Assembly: GCA_964016885.1 (NCBI GenBank)
Contig: OZ024745.1
Location: 129,332,001-129,396,000, forward strand
Direction of reading: 5' to 3'
DNA: 64,000 bases
Origin: Eledone cirrhosa
Taxonomy: Eukaryota
The notes under the pieces: generated by a model
What the model was told of the DNA's origin: nothing
Database searches by the model: none
The model's input: the letters and a program-made list of their open reading frames with translations, nothing else
In this document: positions 55,741 to 64,000 of the stretch, piece by piece
Layout: each line of letters opens with the position of its first letter
Position numbering within the stretch: the first letter of the stretch is position 1
Made by a program: the position numbers and the translations under genes

Positions 55741-57470
55741 GACCAATACTGATGTGAAGCGATTGAACATATACATGAATTGTGCATGTTTTGTTCTTTC
55801 TAACTAACCAGCGTAAAATATGTTAGATATGTTCATATTTGGTTTAATGAGGAATGTGATTTTTTTTGCATTTGCCTGCTCTCTTAATACTGCTAGTCGA
55901 CTAATATCGAGTCGGAAGACACCGTTATATAATACATTACACATCGCAAACTAAGTATAGTCTAAAGGTAGAAAACACGAGATTGCATTGATATTACTGA
56001 AGTGACTAAAACGATCTCAAGAGATATATATCTTTATTTCAAATCTCGCTAGTAGAGGAAAAGCGCGTGTCACACAATCCACTTATGATATTACAACTTA
56101 AACTGAGCTGAAAGCGGCTGTAACACACTAATCAAATTATAATCTATTCACAACATTTGTTTCAAGCGAAAGCCAAATACAAATTTATTAAACGAAAGCG
56201 TATCCAAAGAGTTAAGGCTGGTCTAGAGCTAAACACCAGCAACGTCTGAACAACAAAAGAAAATGTAAACCTTCTATATTAATTCAATGTAAATATATGG
56301 TCTGAATAGTGAAAATATTCAAATGAAATTCCCCTTCATATGAGTGTAAAGATGTTCACCTTTTACCATGAATCAATTAGTTTAGGCGATTGGTGGTAGG
56401 AATCCTGCAATTAAGAAGAATCTAAGAAGGTGACCAGCACTATACTCACTTTAAAGACTTTGCAAATAATAACACAAAATAACTCCTTGCATTTACTAGA
56501 TTATCGAGAGCAGAGTATTTAGAAGTGAGTTTCAAATATATTTTGCTTAGCACATACATAATGGGGTTGATTTAGTCTTTTGGTGTAGTTGTAAGTCTCG
56601 AGATTAACGCGGAAAAAACAAGAAAATCATAACAATAACAAAACAAAAAAACATTTACAAAAATATAATAAAATGTCAAAAATCGCCTAAATTACAGATT
56701 TTAATTAAAAAAATTGTACTTGACAATTACCATGTCAATACACATTCCTGAACCCCCACCAAAATCTAAACGATTAATTTATTGAATTAGTTAAGTATTT
56801 TCTACGTCCAGAGCGAACTCTCGTTATTTCTCCTCTCTCTTTCTATCTCTGTATTCCATTATCTTCCCCACCTCTTGCTCTCTCTCACCCTCTTGTCACT
56901 CACCCCTCTCTACTCCCCCCTCTTGCGTTCTCACCTCCTCTCTCTTGCTCTCTCTCACCCTCTTGTCACTCACCCCTCTCTCCCCTTCTTGCGCCCCTCA
57001 CCTCCTCTCTCTTGCTCTCTCTCACCCTCTTGTCTCTCACCCCTCTCTCCCCCTCTCTCTTGCTCTCTCTCACCCTCTTGTCTCTCCCCCCTCTATCCCC
57101 CCTCTTGCGCTCTCACCCCTCTCTCTTTCTCTCCCTCACCCTCTTATATTCCTTGTCACGTGAACTGTTTGCTCATAATTGAAATTAAGGAAAGTACCAG
57201 ACTTGAATAGAGCTTAATCGTAAAATAATTTAACGAACAAAGTTATGTTGTGTGTGTGTGTGGGGGGGGGGGGGTGTATGTGTGCGTGTGTGTCTGTGAG
57301 TGTGTTTGTGTGTGTGTGTTTGTCTGTGTTTGTGTGTGTGTGTGTGATACTCAACGACACACACACACATACATACACATCCACACACAAATACACACAA
57401 ACATACACACATAAATATTGACACATGCACACACACACACACACATCTATACATATATATTTATATATAC

Positions 57471-57537
<67 letters not shown>

Positions 57538-57540
<3 letters not shown>

Positions 57541-57970
57541 ATATATAAGATCAAAAGATGGTTAAAAGAGTTCCATGTATTTTATTATGCGCATTTCAAA
57601 AACAAATATCATCATGCAATAACATTTGCGTTTTCATCAGTAAAATAGGGAGACATGATATGAAGGTTAAAACACACGTGTGAATAGTGCAGTTTTAAAT
57701 CAACATATGTTGATATGTTGAATTAAAACTGCACTATTCACAACTGTGTTTTAACCTTCATATCATGTCTCCCTATTTTACTGATGAAAACGCAAATGTT
57801 ATTGCATGATGATATTTGTTTTTGAAATGCGCATAATAAAATACATGGAACTCTTTTAACCATCTTTTGATCTTATATATTATTTATACTCCAGTCCTAC
57901 AAACTGTAGAGTGCTTCTTAACCGATATTTGCATTGCTTTATTGTACTACAATAAAACTCACTTCCTACA
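57538..57970. mobile_element. Family E fold-back element: about 345-bp palindrome plus tail in (TA)n
   Basis: 57538-57883 self-complementary about 57708; tail 57884-57970 shared with 19672-19790. Confidence 0.88.
57774..57843 (+). ncRNA. Minimal type I hammerhead ribozyme motif (family E)
   Basis: tatttta-CTGATGA-long stem II-GAAA-t-gcgc-a-TA-a-taaaata; palindromic GCGC loop. Confidence 0.75.
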
Positions 57971-58079
57971 TATATATATATATTCAATGTATATATATAT
58001 ATATATATAATGAATATGTATATATATGTATAATATGTATATGTATATAATATATATATGTATATATATATGTTCTCGG

Positions 58080-58184
58080 GAAGAAGAAGAAGAAGAAGAA
58101 GAAGAAGAAGAAGAAGAAGAAGAAGAAGAAGAAGAAGAAGAAGAAGAAGAAGAAGAAGAAGAAGAAGAAGAAGAAGAAGAAGAG
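58080..58184. repeat. (GAA)n microsatellite
   Basis: About 34 units. Confidence 0.97.
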
Positions 58185-58339
58185 AACTATATAGCCATAT
58201 TGCTCACATCTCGACTGATACCTTCCGAAGTCTAGGGATGTCATTCTCTGGAAATGTATTGTTAGATTGTAATCAAGGTGTTCGTCTCCAAAGCAACACC
58301 GGCAACATCATCATCATCAACGACAGAGATATGAGACTT

Positions 58340-58599
58340 GTAGCAACAACAACAACAGAGATAACAAAAGCAGTGACAGCAGTGACAACACTAACAGCAG
58401 CAGTAACAACAGAGACAGCAGCAGTAACAACAGTGACAGCAGTGGCAACAGCAGCAGCAGTAACAACAGTGACAGCAGCAACTGCAGCAGCAGTAATAAT
58501 ACTAACAACAACAACAGCAACAGCAACAACAACAGCAACAATAGCAGCAACAACAGTAACAACAACAACAACAACAGCAACCATAGCAGCAACAACAGT

Positions 58600-58645
<46 letters not shown>

Positions 58646-59135
58646 GCAGTAGCAACAGCCACAACAACAATAGCAGTAGCAACAAGAGTAACAACAACAG
58701 CAGCAACAGCAACAACAACAGCAGTAGCAACAGTAACAACAACAACAACAACAACAGCAACAATAGCAGCAACAACAGTAACAACAACAACAACAACAAC
58801 AACAACAGCAGTAGCAACAGCAACAACAACAATAGCAGTAGCAACAAGAATAACAACAACAGCAGCAACAGCAACAACAACAGCAGTAGCAACAGCAACA
58901 ACAACAATAGCAGCAACAATAGCAGTAGCAACAAGAGTAACAACAACAGCAGTAACAACAAGAACAACAGCAGTAGCAACAGTAACAACAGCAGCAACAA
59001 CAGCAGTAGTAACAACAAGAACAACAGCAGTAGCAACAGTAACAACAACAACAGCAGTAGCAACAGTAACAACAGCAGCAACAACAGCAGTAACAACAAC
59101 AACAACAGCAGTAGCAACAGTAACAACAACCATAG
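58340..59135. repeat. Degenerate (ACA/GCA/GTA)n array
   Basis: Direct inspection. Confidence 0.93.
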
Positions 59136-60715
59136 CCATTGTCTGTATGATCTGACCACCTCATAGCTATTGTTTAGTACCAGGTCATAGCTTTACTTCA
59201 TCAGCGATATGATTTGAGTAATTAAATTCATCATCAACCCGCCATTTCTCACATATGATAGGAAAATCGAAAAACATCGATTGCTATACAAATAGACAAA
59301 AAGTAAAAAGCTATCACTCCAATAATATCAATTAACTGAAATTTTCGGAAAATATTGGAAACTGAAGTTTGGATGTATATTTACTCTTTAAAGCCAATCG
59401 ATGAAAGCAACAAATATTTGGATCTTCTTAACGACCTTCTTAAATAAATGTATTATAATAGTTTGACAAGACTAAGAGTGACCAGGATGAAGAAGTATCG
59501 TAGGAATAGCAAGAATAAAGATATAGGAAAATATCCCTGTATTTTATATATAAATGTATTTTATATATAAATATATAAATAAGATAAGACATATTTAATA
59601 CTGAGAGTTGGAAATGTGACATTAACTGAGATTAACAATAAAATATTAGACAAATATTTCAATAAATTGATCTTATTGGATTCCTTTAGATGTTTTTTAG
59701 ACATTAAATAGGGCGTTTTGCACCTAGTTTGCCTGAATAATTTCGGTAGATCGAATCTTTTGCACTCATTATTTCACATATATAATATACTATCGTATTT
59801 GTATATAGCAAGCAAAATCTCCACCTACACAAAGATGAAATGCTGCAATATAGGTATGACCAGAACTTCCACGTCTACAAATTTATACTCCAACAACCTT
59901 CTGCAATATTTCCACGAGTATCTTCTGATTTAGCCGGAACATAACATCTCATGCTCTGGGAAATGTCTCTTGCATTACTGTGGTACCAGCCTATGAGTAT
60001 GTGCGTGGCGCACAAGCTCTGTCTGTTTCCTCACGCAATTCTTAGTTATAACACTAGACTCCGTTTCTGTATGCCCTGAATTAATGGATGGAACACACAC
60101 ATTGTCACACCTCAGTCACGGCTGCTTTCACTCCTTCTCAGAGTGCATATGCAATCCTTCCCTGTTGTATCAAAAACAAGGGCATGCTACCTTTCAACTT
60201 GCCTTTCCTGGAAAAATTCCTCGAGCAAATGAGTCTACATTTATCGAAATTTCTCAATTATTCCGTGTTATTTGAAGTCGAGTCAATTCTTGCAATTTAA
60301 GATGTTTGAAAAAGAGGTGTGTTGTTAACGTTAGTGTCATTGTTCTTATTGTTTATACGGATTTTAACAAATCAACATTTTATGGTTACAAAATCATTGT
60401 AAAGATGTAATTATTGTTTCATTGTCTGAGGTATTTTAGAAATCTATTTTCATGTTCCTAAATGATTATATTGCACGTTTGTATACTTTATTACGGTCAG
60501 TGGTAACATTGTAGCGAGAATGGTTTCATCTATTTATGACGCTGCTGCAACCTTGTAGTGTGAGGTAACATTGTAAATTGGACAATGGTAGGATTATATA
60601 AAGACGTCTCGACGAACTTGATTTTAGTTGACTCCAGTGAAATGTGGTGGAAGATCACATTTTCTTCAGCCTTTTATCGGTAAAACGAAAAAATATAAAT
60701 ATAAATATATACATG

Positions 60716-60850
60716 CAGGCTTGTGGCTGAATGGTTAGAGAATTGGATTCACAATCTTGAGGTTGTGAGTTCGATTCCTGGAGCGGGCGTTGCGTTATGA
60801 CCTTGAGCAAGACACTTTATTTCACGTTCCTCCTTCTACCTGGAGTTGCG
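60716..60850 (+). mobile_element. tRNA-derived SINE head (second family)
   Basis: A-box gtggctgaatggttag, B-box gagttcgattcc, then ccttgagcaagacactttatttcacg. Confidence 0.78.
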
Positions 60851-60952
60851 ACCGATATATAGTATTAGCAATTGGAAAGACCAACGGAAACATTGTTTCC
60901 TCGGTCCGATTTGACGAAAGTCGATCGATATATATAAATATATATATATCAA

Positions 60953-61120
60953 TGTTTTTGGTACCCTTGAAATATATATAATAATATAAATATGGTTTTA
61001 TAAATATAGTTTCCATTTATTAATATCATTGATATTATACTCCAGGAAACTTGTCGAGTGCTTCGAATCTGTTATAAATAAATTTGTTGAATTATCAGCA
61101 AATTAAATATCTCTTTGCTT
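60953..61120 (+). mobile_element. Family B fragment (3' half of hammerhead plus tail)
   Basis: tttggtacccttgaaatatatata...ttatactccaggaaacttgtcgagtgc matches the reverse complement of 18690-18865. Confidence 0.75.
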
Positions 61121-61135
61121 ATATATATATATATA

Positions 61136-61556
<421 letters not shown>

Positions 61557-61956
61557 GGGGAGAGAGATAGAGAGAAAAGGTGAAGTTGGAAATAGGACGG
61601 AAAATATATTTTAGGGTCTATTTTTCTTTTTTTTCCTTTCTTTGATTCGTCAAAGTGACATTATTGAATAAATGAGAGCGACATGTCTTTGAAAAACGAG
61701 TTTTATAATGTATATAAAGTATATAAAGTATTACCGGTTTCGATGTATTAGTAAAATTCATCTTATCAAATGTTGAGTATTACAATTAAAAAGAATTGAT
61801 AAGAATTAAAAGCTACAAATTAAAGATTTAAAATTAAGAGGTAAGTTTTTTTCATTTTCCTTGTTGAGGAGACTGGAAAATGAACTCTTGTGTATATATA
61901 GAGAGAGATGTGTATTCGTGATAGTAGCATCAGCAGTGTTGGTAGTTGTGTTTCTT

Positions 61957-62012
<56 letters not shown>

Positions 62013-62151
62013 CGTGTGTGTGTGTGTGTGTGTATGTGTGCGCGTGTGTGTGTGTGTGTGCGTGCGCGCGTGTGTGTGTGTGTGTGTATAATGATAATAA
62101 AAAGGATGATTATTAAGTTATAACAAATCGCCCTTTTTATTATTATTATCA

Positions 62152-62255
62152 CGCCGAGGTTAACTTTGCCTTTCATCCCTACGGGGTCGATAAAATAAAG
62201 TACCAGTAATGCACTGGGTAATTGCTGGCCTTGTGCCAAATGTAGAAACAATTAT
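62152..62255 (+). mobile_element. tRNA-derived SINE, 5'-truncated
   Basis: 7090-family body and tail. Confidence 0.82.
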
Positions 62256-63563
62256 TATTATTACACTCTGGTTAGTTCTACATCCCTATACTTACTGGAA
62301 ACTACACATCGAGTGCTCACTCTGGTGAAATGGACGTTACAATCCCTTCTTAAGAAGCTCCTCAACAACTCACATCATGTAATCTCTCTCATGTAGTAAG
62401 ATGTGTATGTAATTAGGTAGCCTGCATATATGTAAGCATGTATGTATTTATGTATGTATGTATGCATGCATTTATGTAAGTATGTATGGATGTGTGCAAG
62501 TATGTGTGTATGTATGTATGTATGTATGTATGTATGTATGTATAAGAGTCAATGCCCATCCAAAATCACCGGGAGAGATGACCCCTTAGCCTTTGTCAAG
62601 GCAGAATTCTAGGAGAAGGAAAACTCTGATATAACACCTGCAACTCTGATGGTATCCAATGATGTTGACTTGTTCTTGTTGGTAAATATCATCTTGGTTA
62701 AGAGTGTGGGACTGGCTTTGTGCAGTGCCTTTGCTCACTATAAAAGCTTCACGGCACAGGCATAGCTTTATATCTGGAGATCTCTCTGCACTTGTCGTCA
62801 CATGGTACCATGGGCCCAGCACTATGTGTCAATAATTGTCACAAGTGTAGTGTTTGTACCAGAGTTTTCAAGTCGCTGGCTGGACTAAAAAGTCACACTC
62901 GTTCAGCGCATCGGTAGTGGTTCTCCTACATGGATATAAAGTAGTGGGCGTACTCGAAAACGAGTTGGCAGCCACCATGTATGTATCCATATATGTATGT
63001 AGTATGTATATATGTATGATGTATATATATACGTATATACGTATATATGTATGAAGTAAGTGTATATGTTAGTGGGTCTGGATGTATGTATCCATATATG
63101 TATGTTGTATGTATGTATATATGTATGCTGTATGTATGTACGTACGTATGTATGTACGTATATACGTATATATGTATGAAAGGAAGTGTATATGTTACTC
63201 GGTATATATGTAGGGAAACACATATATGTATGTCTATGTATTTCTATTTGTTCCTATTTTCTATATATTTAGGCTAAATAAATATAAAGCTTCACTATTT
63301 CATTATATTCCAAATGAATAAACACACATAGACAGTGAGAGATGCTGACGCTACTTACACATGCCGCAAATATATCTAATGGAATATAAATAAGCAACTT
63401 TCAAAAGTGATAATTCTAAATTAAACGTCATCATGTCACTTTTCATTTTCTCATCCATCACAAGCATTCATCTACATACATGAGCGCGCACACACCCTCA
63501 CTCACATACACTGAACACACACATACACACACAGACAGACACACACACACAGACAGACACACA

Positions 63564-63629
<66 letters not shown>

Positions 63630-63636
<7 letters not shown>

Positions 63637-63945
63637 CCTTTGTCTCTCACACAAACTTGCATACACTCACACACATACCACTTACTCACACACACTGAAC
63701 ACACACACACAAACACACACACACACGCCCTTTGTCTCTCACACAAACTTGCATACACTCACACACATACCACTTACTCACATACACTGAACACACACAC
63801 ACACACACGCACACGCCCTTTGTCTCTCACACAAACTTGCATACACTCACACACATACCACTTACTCACATACACTGACACACACACACGCCCTTTGTCT
63901 CTCACACAAACTTGCACACACTCACACACATACACTCACACACAC
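63630..63945. repeat. About 75-90-bp CA-rich minisatellite x4
   Basis: cacgccctttgtctctcacacaaacttgca recurs four times. Confidence 0.9.
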
Positions 63946-64000
63946 ATACACTCTCACACATACATATATATATATATGTATGTACGTTTGTTTATATATT

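Noticed and set aside
58058-59155. Mucin-like Thr/Ala-rich ORF
   Set aside because: Built from (GAA)n and (ACA/GCA)n arrays, open in several frames on both strands
60716-60790. tRNA gene
   Set aside because: A and B boxes are present but there is no clean acceptor stem, and it runs into a SINE body
62545-62975. Possible LINE fragment or exon
   Set aside because: Higher complexity but no motif I can assign; needs BLASTX

Overview
Eukaryotic, AT-rich, repeat-saturated non-genic DNA. The SINE families and the dense (TA)n/(CA)n/(GA)n/(TCTA)n tracts suggest a cephalopod (Octopus) genome; this is an inference. No host protein-coding exon could be supported, and most listed ORFs are microsatellite artefacts. 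Recognisable content: a near-complete ORF2 of a Tx1/L1-group LINE plus three further 3' fragments, all sitting in microsatellites; a hAT (hATm-like) transposon with an 8-bp TSD; a Chapaev3 transposon with a TTA TSD; mariner remnants; MITEs; a non-autonomous Helitron; CRE, RTE, CR1/L2-like and Penelope remnants; and about 17 tRNA-derived SINE copies. The most notable pattern is a recurring short module: (TA)n, a fold-back inverted repeat carrying a minimal type I hammerhead ribozyme, a unique tail, then (TA)n. It occurs in at least six sequence-distinct families and is best read as Penelope pseudo-LTR/retrozyme-like insertions into TA microsatellites.
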